A DNA stretch of 64,000 nucleotides from Eutreptiella sp. 'Long Island Sound 2002' (lineage: Eukaryota > Protista > Euglenida): contig OZ038378.1 of the NCBI GenBank assembly GCA_964036045.1, positions 175,708,001 to 175,772,000 of the forward strand, given 5' to 3'. Below, piece after piece: positions 1 through 12,299 of this stretch (its first letter is position 1; every line of letters begins with the position of its first letter). Below the pieces are notes generated by a model that made no database searches, was not told the DNA's origin, and saw only the letters and a program-made list of their open reading frames with translations. The translations under genes were made by a program, and so were the position numbers.

Positions 1-191
1 CCCCCACCCCCCCAAAAAGGGGTACCCGGGTACGGGGGGGTATAGGGGATCATTTTCTCTCCTAAAATGATGATTTTACAAGGGGTTGGACATCCGGTAC
101 CATACCTTGGGGTATGGTACGCGAATGACCCCAAAAAAGGGGGGTATATGGCGTACGCACCTGCGCTTGATCTAACAACCCTCTTTGAGGT

Positions 192-958
192 GATTTTGTG
201 TAGACTAGCTGCCAACAGCCACAAACCAAGAATAGGCCATATCTTTGGCTACATGGCTCAAAACGCGATTCCGAGGGCACCTAATCCACTTGCAACCCCC
301 CACTTTTTGTGGTTTCCACCCCTCAGAATTGCCTAAACGGACGCCGAGAACCCCGTACCTAGGCCCGGTAGGCTGCGGCAAGCTGCAAGCTCAAGCCCAA
401 ACAGGTGGGTGCCCAAATGGGTCAATAGGGTCCCGTAGGGCCAAAAAGATGACTTTTCTCAAAAATGATCCTAGACCATGTGTGATGCTAAAACAAGTGT
501 TTTTGGACTGTTTTGAGCTTGGGGTGGCCCATTTTGGCCCTCCGAAAATCCCAAAATGCCTTGAAGATGCGCTGTTTTGGGACCAAAAATGGGTCAAAAA
601 TGGGTCAAAAACGCATTTTTCCAAACCTCATCCTAGACCATTTGGGGTGCACCAACGGGTGAAATGAGCCCATTTTGAGCCCATTTTGGGGGCATTTTGG
701 CCCCTCAGAAGTCCAAAAAAGCCTTGAAAGTGGGCCTTGTGGTGAACGGGATCACTTGCAAGCTGATTCCACCCTGTCAACGGACTTCAATGTGTGACTC
801 ATTGGTGTCCCTCACCATTCATAGCTGATGTTCCCTCCCCCACCAGCTCGGTCCCAATATTCAGTCTTGATTAGGGTTAGGGTCACCGAGCTGGTGGAAC
901 CAGTCTTGGTTTTATAACCCTCTTTAGGGTCTAGGGTGGACCTAACAGGTTTAGCAGC

Positions 959-989
<31 letters not shown>

Positions 990-3195
990 GCACGCGCGAA
1001 ATGGCTAAAAATCAGAATTCCGTCGTGGTGCTTCGGATTCGGGTGAAATTTTGGTGGATGATACCTATGGGTGTGAAGTACAATCACACAAAGTTTGAGC
1101 AAGAAACTCAACGGTGGCGGCCGGGAACGGGATTCGCAAGTGGCGGACCTCAGTTTCAAAAACTGCATTTTACGGCCAAAAACAGCCATTTTTGGGCCAA
1201 AAAAGCCCTGGAACACATTCAAAACGGCCAAACGAAGGGAAACGGTGGGTACACTCCACATGCAGCTTGACTTCCCCGTGTCAACGAGCTCTTTGCGGCC
1301 CTCTAACTCCATGATATGTCCCAGAAACGGCCCAAAAAGGCCCCCAGAAGCTCCAAATGCCGACAGCCACAAACCAAGAATAGGCCATATCTTTGGCTAC
1401 ATGGCTCAAAATGCGATTCCGAGGGCACCTACTCCACCCGCAACCCCCCACTTTTTGTGGTTTCCACCCCTCAGAATTGCCCAAACGGACGCCTAGACCC
1501 AAATACCTAGGCCCACTAGGCTGCGGCAAGCTGCAAGCTCAAGCCCAAACAGGTGGGTGCCCAAATGGGTCAACAAGGTCCAGTAGGGGCAAAAAGATGA
1601 CTTTTCTCAAAAATGATCCTAGACCATGTCCGACGCTAAAACAAGTGTTTTTGGACCGTTTTGAGCTTGTGGTGGCGCATTTCGGTCCTCCGAAAATCCC
1701 AAAATGCCCTGAAAATGGGCTGTTTTGGGACCAAAAATGGGTCAAAAATGGGTCAAAAACGCATTTTTCCAAACCTCATCCCAAACCATTTGGGTTGCAC
1801 AAACGGGTGAAATGAGCCCATTTTGAGCCCATTTTGGAGCATGTTGGCCCCTCAGAAGTCCAAAAAGCCTTGAAAGTGGGCCTCGTGGTGATGGGGTTCA
1901 CATGCAAGCTGATTTCACTTTGTCAAGAGCCATCAATGTGTGAATCATTATTGATGTCCCTCACCACTCATAGCTGATGTTCCCTCCCCCACCAGCTCGG
2001 TCCCAATATTTAGTCTTGATTAGGGCTAGGGTTCGGGTCACCGAGCTGGTGGAACCAGTCTTGGTTTTATAACCCTTTTTAGGGTCTAGGGTGGACCTAC
2101 CAGGTTTAGCAGCAGCAGCAACAAGCAGCAAGCAGCAACAAGCAGCACACGCGAAATGGGGGAAAATCAGACATCCGTCGTGGTGCTTCACATTCGGCTG
2201 AAATTTTGGTGGATGATACCTATGGGTGTGAGGGACAACCACACAAAGTTTGAGCCAGAAACTCAACGGTGGCGGCCGGGAATGGGTGTCGCAAGTGGCG
2301 GACCTCAGTTTCAAAAACTGCAATTTAGGGCCAAAAACAGCCATTTTTGGGCCAAAAGAGCCCTAGAACCCATTCAAAACGGCCAAGGAAAGGGAAAGGG
2401 TGGGTGCACTCCATGTGCGGCTTGACTTTCTTGTGTCAACGAGCCATTTGCGGCCCTCTGACTCCACCATATGTCCCGGAAACGGCCCAAAAAGGCCCCC
2501 ACAAGCCCCAAATTTTGTGCAGATTGGCTGGCGACAGCCACAAACCAAGAATAGGCCATATCTTTGGCTACATGGCTCAAAACGCGATTCCGAGGGCACC
2601 TAATCCACCCGCAACCCCCCTCGTTTTGTGGTTTCCACCCCTCAAAATTGCCCAAATGGACGCCTAGACCCCCGTACCCAAGCCCAGTAGGCTGCGGCAA
2701 GCTGCAAGCTCAAGCCCAAACAGGTGGGTGCCCAAATGGGTCAATAGGGTCCAATAGGGGCAGAAAAATGACTTTTCTCAAAAATGATCCTAGACCATGT
2801 GTGATGCTAAAACAAGTGTTTTTGGACTGTTTTGAGCTTGGGGTGGCCCATTTTGGTCCTCCGAAAATCCCAAAATGCCTTGAAGATGCGCTGTTTTGGG
2901 ACCAAAAATGGGTCAAAAATGGGTCAAAAACGCATTTTTCCAAAACTCATCCTAGACCATTTGGGGTGCACAAACGGGTGAAATGAGCCCATTTTGAGCC
3001 CATTTTGGGGCATTTTGGCCCTTCACAAGTCCACAAAAGCCTTGAAAGTGGGCCTTGTGGTGAAGGGGATCACTTGCAAGCTGATTCCACCCTGTCAACG
3101 GCCTTCAATGTGTAACTCATTGGTGTCCCTCACCATTCATATCTAATGTTCCCTCCCCCACCAGCTCGGTCCCAATATTCAGTCTTGATTAGGGT
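192..3195. repeat. Tandem satellite, ~1.15-1.17 kb unit, ~2.6 copies
   Basis: The marker 'acagccacaaaccaagaataggccatatctttggctacatggctcaaaa' recurs near 215, 1363 and 2534. The equivalent ORFs start at 245, 1393 and 2564 (periods 1148 and 1171). Units contain AAAAATGGGTC doublets and a (GCAA)n microsatellite. The third copy is truncated at ~3195. Confidence 0.95.
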
Positions 3196-3290
3196 CAAGG
3201 GTAAGGTTTGGGGGTAGGGTTAGGAGTAGGCTGAGGGTTGGGGTGGGCATTAGAGTCAAGGTTGGGTTCAAGGATAGTGTTGGGGTGCAA
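3189..3290 (+). repeat. Degenerate telomere-like (TTAGGG)n tract
   Basis: About 17 hexamers with period 6 (ttaggg tcaagg gtaagg tttggg ggtagg gttagg ...). The tract begins at the position where the other satellite copies have 2-3 TTAGGG-like units. Confidence 0.7.
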
Positions 3291-3399
3291 AGTGGACAAA
3301 ATGGGCAAGGGGAATGAAAAAAAATTTTCGGGCTCCTTCGGCGCCACCATATGTATGGCCAGTAGTTGTTGACCCTTGGCAACTAAGTTGGCCCGGAGG

Positions 3400-6300
3400 G
3401 CAGGGAGGGGGGGGGGGTCACGTACCAGAACCGAGGAGATGTCCCCCCCGTGGGTCTGATCCTCTGCCCCACGCAAGAAAGCCAAATGCATCCGGACGGC
3501 ACCTTTGCCAAAACTGGAGTGTTACGGGTGTTGAACGTTCGGAGCGCGCGGTCAACCCACACTTGCAACTCTCGGCAGCTCTTCATCAGGTCCTCAGCTG
3601 TAAGAGTCTCTGCTTCCAACTTCAGCACCTGAAAATTCCGCCAAGAATGCACAGGGATGCATGGAGGAAGCAGGGAAGACAGGCAAGGGGGCTGCATCGG
3701 AAGGGGAGGAGTGAAAAGCAGGGGTATGACGGAAGAAGGAGGAGGAGGAAGAAAGGGGGGAACAAAGGAGATAGGACGTTGGAATTGGGCACGCGAAGGC
3801 GGGAGGGAGGAGCGAGAGGGTGGGAAAACGACGAGAAAGGGCACGCGCACCAGCAATCTGCTGCGATGCAACCTCCTGCAACCCGAGCGCAACCACCAGC
3901 AACCTCTAGTACAACCTCCAGTACGGACTCCAGTGCTGAGGATGAGGCCGATCTTCCTGAGGACGCCCCGGTACGTGCGTGAGGGTCATTCCACAATGAG
4001 CACCCCTCCCATTATTGGAGATCACCGGAGGTTGCACTGAGGAGGCTGGACTACTGGAGGTTGCGCCGAGGGGGCGCACGCGTTTGTGCAAAGCCTGACG
4101 AAGTCACGGGGCGCAGGATTGTCAGAATGCGCAGGCTCACGTGCCCGTTGAGGACGTGGCCTGTCTCAAATGGTGCAGAGAGATCACGCGCGTTCACACA
4201 ATGCGCCGATGATAAACAAAAAAGCGACAAAATGCGAAACTGCCATATTTTCGTATATTCCCATTTCGCCAACAACGGTCCTGAATTGTTAGAGCAATCC
4301 AGAAAACGTTTGCCCAAAGATCTTTGCTCCATGCAACGTACTGCCATCATTAAGGCAGAACCGATGCAAAACAAATGCGACGATATGCGACAACATGCAG
4401 ATTGCAACCCCCACCCAAGATGACGTCTGGTTGTCTTGGTCAAAGCCATGATGTCAGGTTTTTTAATTAACCAGCACATGCCAGACTCACTCAGTTCAAT
4501 CGTGTTCAACATAACAATCTCAATGTTCTTTGCCTTGCTGCTCTGCAGCACAAACCAGACTTGCACCGGATGTTGCCGGTCTTGGTCAAGGTGGGGGGGG
4601 GGGGGGGTCACATTGAAATGCCAGTACCTTACCATACCTTCGCCAGAGCATTGTCTTTGTGGTCGCCATTAAGACAGCAGCACTGTACACAGGTGTTCCA
4701 TGGCCCGGCCACCATTATCTGGAACGACTTATCACGCAGGAGGGCGCATTGCCAGGCACCATGCGTCCAGGGAGGGAGGGGGGGGGGGGGGCTGGGTGAA
4801 TTTGTGAAACAGCAGTCATCAGCCGCCCAGTTGCACACGACAAGTCAGCAGCAGGGGGGGGGGCGGGGTCCTGGCTGCTTTGCTTTATACCCGTAGTGTA
4901 CCCTCTGTCTGCCAGTGATTTTCGCAAAAGGCTTGGACCCCCCCTTGTGCAATAGGCAGTAGCACATGGTCGATGGCACATGGTCGTTTGCGGATGGCAC
5001 CATCCAGAGTGCCCTCACTCGAGGGGCTGGGGGTGGCGGGTGCCATTAAGGCCCACTAAGTGTGCCGGCTGGTACTTCCGAGTGGACGCACTGGCTCAGG
5101 AACTACCACCGCCCAAAGGGAGGGGGAGTGCATTTCCCACCCCCAGAACATGCCTGTCAGCCACTATTCAGCAGCAATGAACGTCAGTCTTCCGGATGTT
5201 CCGTCCACTGGTTGTCTGCCGGCCGGATATGTCTGACCTGGCTTGAAAATGGTGCTTGCAGTTGTACCGGGTGTGTGTAGAGGCTTCCGTGTGCCCTTGT
5301 GGATCCCCCCCTCCCCTCCCACAGAGGATCACGCATTTCAAAGGGTCATCGGGGGACAGCCGGATCAGATCGAGTTTGCGCGCATTTGCGAGGCGCATGC
5401 CCAGTCGCCGTGCGCCACCGACGACCGTCGAGAAAAGAAGAGATATGAGCCCCCGCCCCGCGCGCCTGCCCAGCCCAGAAGCAGGCAACTGAACCTCAGA
5501 CCACCGATGCAGCAGCACGCACCAAATCTTTGTACTGCGACCAGTCAAACTTGTCACCTTGATCAATGTGTTGCTTGCCGTGCAGGATGTCCCAGAACAT
5601 TGGGAGCCTGGCTCGTCTGTTGGCGATTTCAAAGGGATCACCTCGCTCGCTGTGGTCAGCAAACGCCGTTGTCAAGCACAAGTGTGCCTAAGCAGCGGTG
5701 ATGGTGCAGGGTGATGGCACAGGATGATGGTCTAGCGTGATGGAACGACGGCGATGCAGTGATGGTATCCCGTGATGCGAGTGACGGGGTAGAGCGATGG
5801 TGTCCGGCGCGGAAAGGATGATGGGAAGGCACAATGGCACAGGGCGATGGCATGAGGCGATAGTGTGGGGTGATGGCGTGGGATAATGGTATGGAGTAAA
5901 GGCATACGATGAGGACATACAGTCATGGCGTACAGTGATACACAGCGCTGGCATGGAGCGATGGACTCAGATGTGCTCCCATTGTCACAAGATGATGCCC
6001 CAAGCCGGCCCAAGGCCCCCCCTAGGCCATTGCAGGCTGCCCCAAACAGGTAATTTTTCAGCCAACCCATGCCGGCCTGAAAACGGATGGGTCTCCACCA
6101 TTGGGGTCCAACATGGGGTATCAACGGTACCAGAGATAATGACCTGGGACCCCAACCCGCGGTTACGGAGGTCCATTTCGAAGAAAACAAGTCGAATTCT
6201 ACCTAGGCCTGGACCGACGCACAGAGGCTGCAATACGCCAACCAAGTTTCTTCCACCACCCACCGTAAGGCTTTTCAGTTTCGGGGGTTTGGGAGGTCTC

Positions 6301-7700
6301 CAACCAAACCCTCAATGAGGGATACTTTTGTTGGGTAATGTAAGGATTTCATATGGGCTCGGAATTGAAACCCTTGGGCCATGGTACGCCAATGGGTCCA
6401 ACAAGGGGTAGCCCCAAAGGGGGGGGGGGGGGGCTATGTGCATTGGAGGGCGGGAATAGCGCAGTGGGGGTTGTCTGGGCTGGAGGGGTTATCGAAAAAC
6501 CGCAGGGGTTCGGCTGCCGGGGTTGGTTGGGGGGGGGGGGGGGGGTTGGTAACCGGGGTCATGGAGGAGGACCGTCATGGAGAAGGACCTGTCTATCCCC
6601 GTGCCTCGTGTCGAGGCTGACACAGTCTGCTTGCAGGCCCCGGGAGAGGTGATTCCAAAACATGGTTTGGAGGTAAAAAAAAATGGAAGATAAAATTTTT
6701 GAAACCCCATGTCAGCCTCTCCTCCAAAGAGAGTGGCACAGCCAGGGTGAGGGGGGAGGGGTCGATGGGTCAAAGTCAAAAAGTGCTGCTACGGACACTC
6801 TTGGGTCCCACAATGATGATTTCACAAGGGATTGCACACCAGTCTCATTCCTTGCGAATGCTGCACAAATACAAAAAAGGGGAGGCGGGAGGGGGGTATA
6901 TGGTGCTCGCGCCTGCTCGTGATCTCACAACCCGCTTGGAGGTACTTTACTGGCGAGAATGTCCAGACTGCTGGTGTTCGCTGTTCGTTCCAGAAGGCCT
7001 GTGTGTGCCCGTGACGATGCACCGGACATATCTCTGGCATACGCTTCACAATTAGGCATGTGACCGCCACCATGCTGCGCCGCCCAGCCCCTTTGCACAG
7101 GCACTTGGCCGGTCCTGGGACATTTTGCTGGCAATATGCCGGGGGCGTTGCCGGCCCGGACACCAGCCAATCGGTGCAGGCACTCTCTGGTGGTGGCTTC
7201 GCAGGCGCACGGCGGCTTGGCAGAGGGCCGTATTGAAGGGCGGGGGGAGAGGAGGGGCCGCGCCGGCGCTCTTGCGTACCATAGTGCACCTTCGCAAGGG
7301 CGTTGTCGGGTTGGGCGGGGGGGGGGGGGGTGTCTGCTGGGGAACCAATCCTCCAGAACGCTGAGATCTTGCAAAGTGCATTTGTCCGACAATTGCTGTT
7401 GAAGCATGAACATCTGATTCCAGGTTTTACAGCTCCAGGAAGGACTTGAGAATTGTCGTGGGTGTAAGCATCCCTCCGAGGGTGATGACAGCGTCGTTGG
7501 GTCACGTCCATGGTGTTAAAGAGTGCATGTCTTCCACCCTTTTGCCTGTGGGGTCTGGGAGCCTGACTGGAGTTGCAAGCCCGTGAAATGTAGAGTCGCA
7601 TCCATCTGCGGGGAAATGTGCGGGCTGCTCGCCAGGCACTGCGTGGCAGGGGTCTCGGACTGTGGTAGTGGCAGGTGTGGGGGCACATGTGGTTGGATTT
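3400..7700 (-). pseudogene. Decayed coding remnants, possibly non-LTR retroelement(s)
   Basis: Frameshifted coding-like segments. APE-endonuclease-like fragments 'AIDHVLLP' (~4950) and 'PDIMALTKT' (~4440) occur, but in non-canonical order. The peptide DNALAKVx(Y/*)GT appears twice with synonymous differences. No clear RT motif. Confidence 0.3.
5698..5960 (+). repeat. Degenerate GTGATGGC-type minisatellite
   Basis: Repeated gtgatgg/gcgatgg/atgatgg units at ~10-14 nt spacing. Confidence 0.7.
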
Positions 7701-10668
7701 TGGTCACCCATTTTCACGATACTTGACCCTGTAAACGTCTGGTAAGAAATATCGTTTGAACAAAGAACTGGTACGATTTGGGAAGGTGCGCAATTTCAAG
7801 GCTCCCTTTCCCTGAAGGTCGGCGCCATCCCTGAATGGCGGTAATAAGTAAATTGCGAGGGCCATAAGACCCATTCACCGGTGCGCTCGCCGTTCCGCCC
7901 CCCAAAAGTCAAGGCGTTGTTACCAAAATACCAAAATGGCCACATAACCCCCCCGCGTTCCGGGGTCCCCGAAGAGAGATATCAGCATGGCCACAGAACC
8001 CCCGCCAAACAGACCAAAGGAGCCATTTAGAAAGGTTTCTGGGACCAAACCCCAATCAAGAACGTGGCACTGCAAAGCAAAGCACAACATCGTGATGATC
8101 CCCCGATGTTGCGATTTTCGGGGGCTTCAAAAGACCCTTCCCACCCCCCCACCCCGGGCTCCACCACCCGCCAATGGGGGTTTTGAACCCGAGTTTGGAC
8201 ATCGGGGTCCCAGCTCTGGCCTTTTGGTTGGTGACAGGGCCCCGTGAATGGGCCCCATGCCCCGAAATACCCGCCAACCGCTGTCAACTCCGCAGCGACT
8301 ACCGTCAGGGACAGGCAGCCACAGACCGCGCGCAGTGTTTCGAAAGGACCGCGCAAAAAAAGAGCGTCTGCTTCCCGAAATACCGACCAGAGAACACTAG
8401 GGAATGAGGGATGAAGACAACACCTGATACAACTTGAATCGGAACTCCAGTGCGTTGTCTTCCCTCAGTGTCTTTTGAAAGACGCGCGTGATGACGGGGT
8501 TCCTGCTTTCAATAAAGCCTGCGAGAAGCGCACAAAGGGGAAACGCATGGTGTTGGGTGCACAAAGGCAAATGCTCCGCAGGCCGAGCCCAAACCCAAGG
8601 CGAATCCGACGCCGCAGCCCCACGCGCCCCGGCGCGAGAATCGACAGCACAACGAGGCGAGCCTGCCGCGCCGAGTGGCCGCGGCGGAACCTGAAAACAG
8701 CGGCTCTCACCCATGGGACAACACGTTCCCCCTGACTTCCTTCACCCGACCAGACACCTGCACACACCGACCGCCTTCCCAAGCAGAAGGAACCCCGCAG
8801 ACAAGCCCACAAGCTCCTCCATGAGTCACACTGACGCGCCAAGCCACCATTCCATCCATCCACCACCGGTACCATCGTCCTATACCGTCACTCTGCCCCG
8901 TCACCCTGTACCACCGCTGCCCAACAATCACCCCAGTCATTCCCGCCATTCTCGACTCAGGAAACCGACGCTGGCGATGATGGACCTGGCCCGTTCCAAC
9001 CAGTTTCTTGCGAAAGATGTTTGCTCCCGCCAGACCTTTTCAGGGCCAAACAACATGACAGGCGGCAGACCATGAGAACATAGTCCACGTCAACCCTTGC
9101 GGTTCCCATGCTGCCCCCAGCCAGTCCCTGAACATCAAGCCCTGATAAGACTGCCGCAAACCAGCATACACAGACACAAAGTTTTTGTGCTGTTCATGGC
9201 TGCTTCATGATCCAAAGAAGTTCTGCACCGAGAAGGTCGGAGGAGCAAATTAGGGGAAGGAGGGGTGAGTGGGGCTGGTCAGGTACAAAGACCGGTAGAG
9301 CCCGGATTCTCGTCCCTCTAAAGCCCTGTGGATCATCTTCAACCCCCTAAAAATTTTTGCCTCGTCAACCCTCCACAGCCCAACGCTACTTGGGGGGAAG
9401 ACTGTGGATACCTTTCATGCAATCAATTAAATTGTAATGAATGATGTACTCGGTAAACCAATTAATCACTACATTCAGCTCCTCTTCTGCAGCAGTGTCG
9501 AGTTGGACAGCCATGGGTGGTGATAGGCGTGGTCTAAGAACAAAGAGATGGTAGCCCAATGATCACCCGCCTGCCCTCATTCCTTGTTGGGAGGATCAGC
9601 CTTCCGTACAAATGCAGCCGTTGCTTTTCATAGCACCTCCCTTCCTCCACACACTTCAGGCCTCGGCCCCTCTGAGACAGCGCACAGTGAGGACGGGAGT
9701 GACCGAATGGAATCAAGCCATTCGTCGGACAATGTGTGTGACATGGGGACTCCCAGTGGAAGCCTTATGGACCCATGGACACACATCGGATGAGATACAG
9801 TTACAAAGCACATATGGGATGAGGGACGGACCCCAAGAGAACGGGAGATATCAGCAATAACATCGCCAATACTGTGACTGCCACCGTAGCTGCCGCTGTA
9901 GGGGTGATAGTGTCTGGCAGCTGTGGAAAGGGCCAAGACATAGGTGTTTTGAGTTGTGTGCTATGGTCCACATTGCTTTTCAAAGCACTACGCAGCCGAC
10001 ACCACAGGGAGAGTGCGACAGGCAAGAGTGACAGAAGAAATTCACAGCACAGATTTAAGAGAGAGCAGTAGAACCCATTACACAATGGAGCTCATTTTTC
10101 GATCCTTCCGAAGTTGTCACGCATAGCCGTCCAACAACTGAATTGCTCTGAAAGCTTATCGGATGAAAGCAAACAAGGCGAACCTGCAGGGCAGATGGCT
10201 TTTCCATACCCACTGTGTACATGGCCCACCACAAGCATCCAAATGGCATTCCCTGGCATTGGTCCCAAATTCTACCAACATGGCCAAAATTAGTGGGCCA
10301 GCAAGGAATGGAGCCCAAATCGAACCCGTTGATCATCGTTGTGGAAGGCTCTACTGCACTCTGGGGAATGGGCGTCATGCGCATGGCAGTAATGCGAACC
10401 ATTCCCCGATGCCATCACCAGATTTACCTGGGACAGTACTCCGCCGTCTCCAATACAAAATTGCCCGTATATTTTGAGAAGCCATCGCGCTGTCGTGCAT
10501 GCTCTTACGCGACAAACCATGCGTGTGCCTACTTGCGCCCCAGCTGGAATCTTGGCGTGCCAAATTGGTTGGCACCTCACAGAGGAACCAACCTGTACTT
10601 AGGCAGGCCAGCGGGCGCGCGGCTGCGCATGCACTTTAGCAAGCAAGCACCGGGTCCATACTGTAAAT

Positions 10669-10736
10669 CTGGGGTTAAAGTCGGGATACTTAATACAAAG
10701 GTAGCGCGCATGGTACGCGCTGGGCAAACTTTCCCC
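10669..10736 (+). repeat. Interspersed motif with GGATACTTAATACAAAGGTAGC core (copy 1)
   Basis: The 22-nt core at 10684-10705 is identical to 47890-47911, and the flanks are similar. Confidence 0.8.
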
Positions 10737-10897
10737 CTGTGCAGCTGGCACCTCCTGGGGTGGGTTGTGCAGGTGCTGCAGGAATTCTTGAAGACCACGG
10801 ATGGAAGCAGTGGGATAAAACAAACCGTCTTCTATCTTACCCCCCTTAAAACAAAACCCAATTAAGACTGGATGTTGGAACTGAGCTGGTAGAGCAG

Positions 10898-11100
10898 GCA
10901 CACTGTGCAATGTGCAATGCACATTCTATGCACGGCACACTGCACAGTGCAGACTATGCACCCCTATGCGCGTTGTGCCCTCTGCACATTGCACTGTACA
11001 CTCCGTTTCTTGCACACGGCGCACTCCACAGATCACACGGTGCACACTGCGCCGATGCACCGCGCACACTGCTGGGTAAGCACTGTGCAGAGCAATGCAC
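10898..11100. repeat. TGCAC/GCAC-rich low-complexity repeat
   Basis: Dense degenerate tgcac/gtgca units. Confidence 0.7.
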
Positions 11101-12299
11101 ACTTTTTTTTTTGCTGACACCACACTGAGTTCAGGTTATCTGGCCTCCGGTGTGCGTGGGCATTCAGGCCTAGTGAGTATGTACAGCATGAATTGGGTAA
11201 CCTACAGCTTCATGCGGGCGAGGCATGTCTCCATGCAAGGGACGCTGCGGGGGGGGGGGGGGGGCAATTCGTAGCTACTGCACATGTTATGCAGTGGTGC
11301 AGTGGTGCAGTGGTGCAGAGCAACATACAACAGATGACAGACCGCATACAAGAGACAGCAGATGTTACACAGCAGACCACAAATAGCAGGCAACAGATGG
11401 CAGTTCCGGTCTGCAGCTTGATGGTCTGATGTGGTCTGGAAGCGAACACAACCCCTTTGCCCTTTCTCCCTTCCCCTGTGGCTACTATTTGATTGAATTG
11501 TAGGCGGACGCACGCAGTGGTGCAGCTATGCAGCCATGTTCCTCAAGGGTCAGCACGGCATTTCTCAGTCTGCGCTAATCCTCTTGCCCCACTGACCTCG
11601 ACCCGTTGATATTTTTGGCTTTTGGGATTTGCGCAGGTTTTAGGCAGCGGTTTTGGGGGTCGCCACTGTGTCTTTTCTCGATAACTTGCCTTCCCTCCTC
11701 ATTGACATTTCTGCGCCCAACCGCTGTGACAATCCTGAGCCCATGCCTCAGACTCTGCTAATGAAAAAAAAGACAATGCTTATGATGCGTGAAGCTCCAG
11801 CCCCGTTACTTGGTAGAACTCAGTGCGATTTTTTTTTCTCGTGGTCCGCTACACCACTGCTGGTTCATGGCGCGTTGGACGGAGCCCCGCACAATTTGCA
11901 GCTATTGTGTATGGTCTCTGGTTTCAATGTAGTTATTCTCGGGTCAGGGTGGTGTCTGCAGCACCCCTGAAGTAGCCGACGGGTTACCAGGCGGCCACGT
12001 TTCGTGTTTTTTCTCAACCGCTGGCCTGCCTGAGGAGGGGAGTGTGGTCGGCATACAGGTGTGCTGAGCTGGACTCCGCAGATCGCGCCTATCTGCGCAA
12101 TGCAGAGTCATCAGGCAGGTTGCATGGTCACAGAGAACTGAGAAGTCAATAAGTGTAATGATTTGCAGATGTCTCTAGAAAGTTTTATCATTCAGATCGC
12201 AGTGCATGTGTGATTGCACGATGCATCCCTTTGTTAAGTGTCGGTCTTAACAGTGATTCCTGTTCTGTACAGGGTTCCCCTCTTTGATATGTTTTCGGA

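Noticed and set aside
245-2986. 140-aa ORF repeated three times (245, 1393, 2564)
   Set aside because: It lies within the satellite, overlaps equally repeated antisense ORFs, and shows no domain signal. Most likely a by-product of the repeat.
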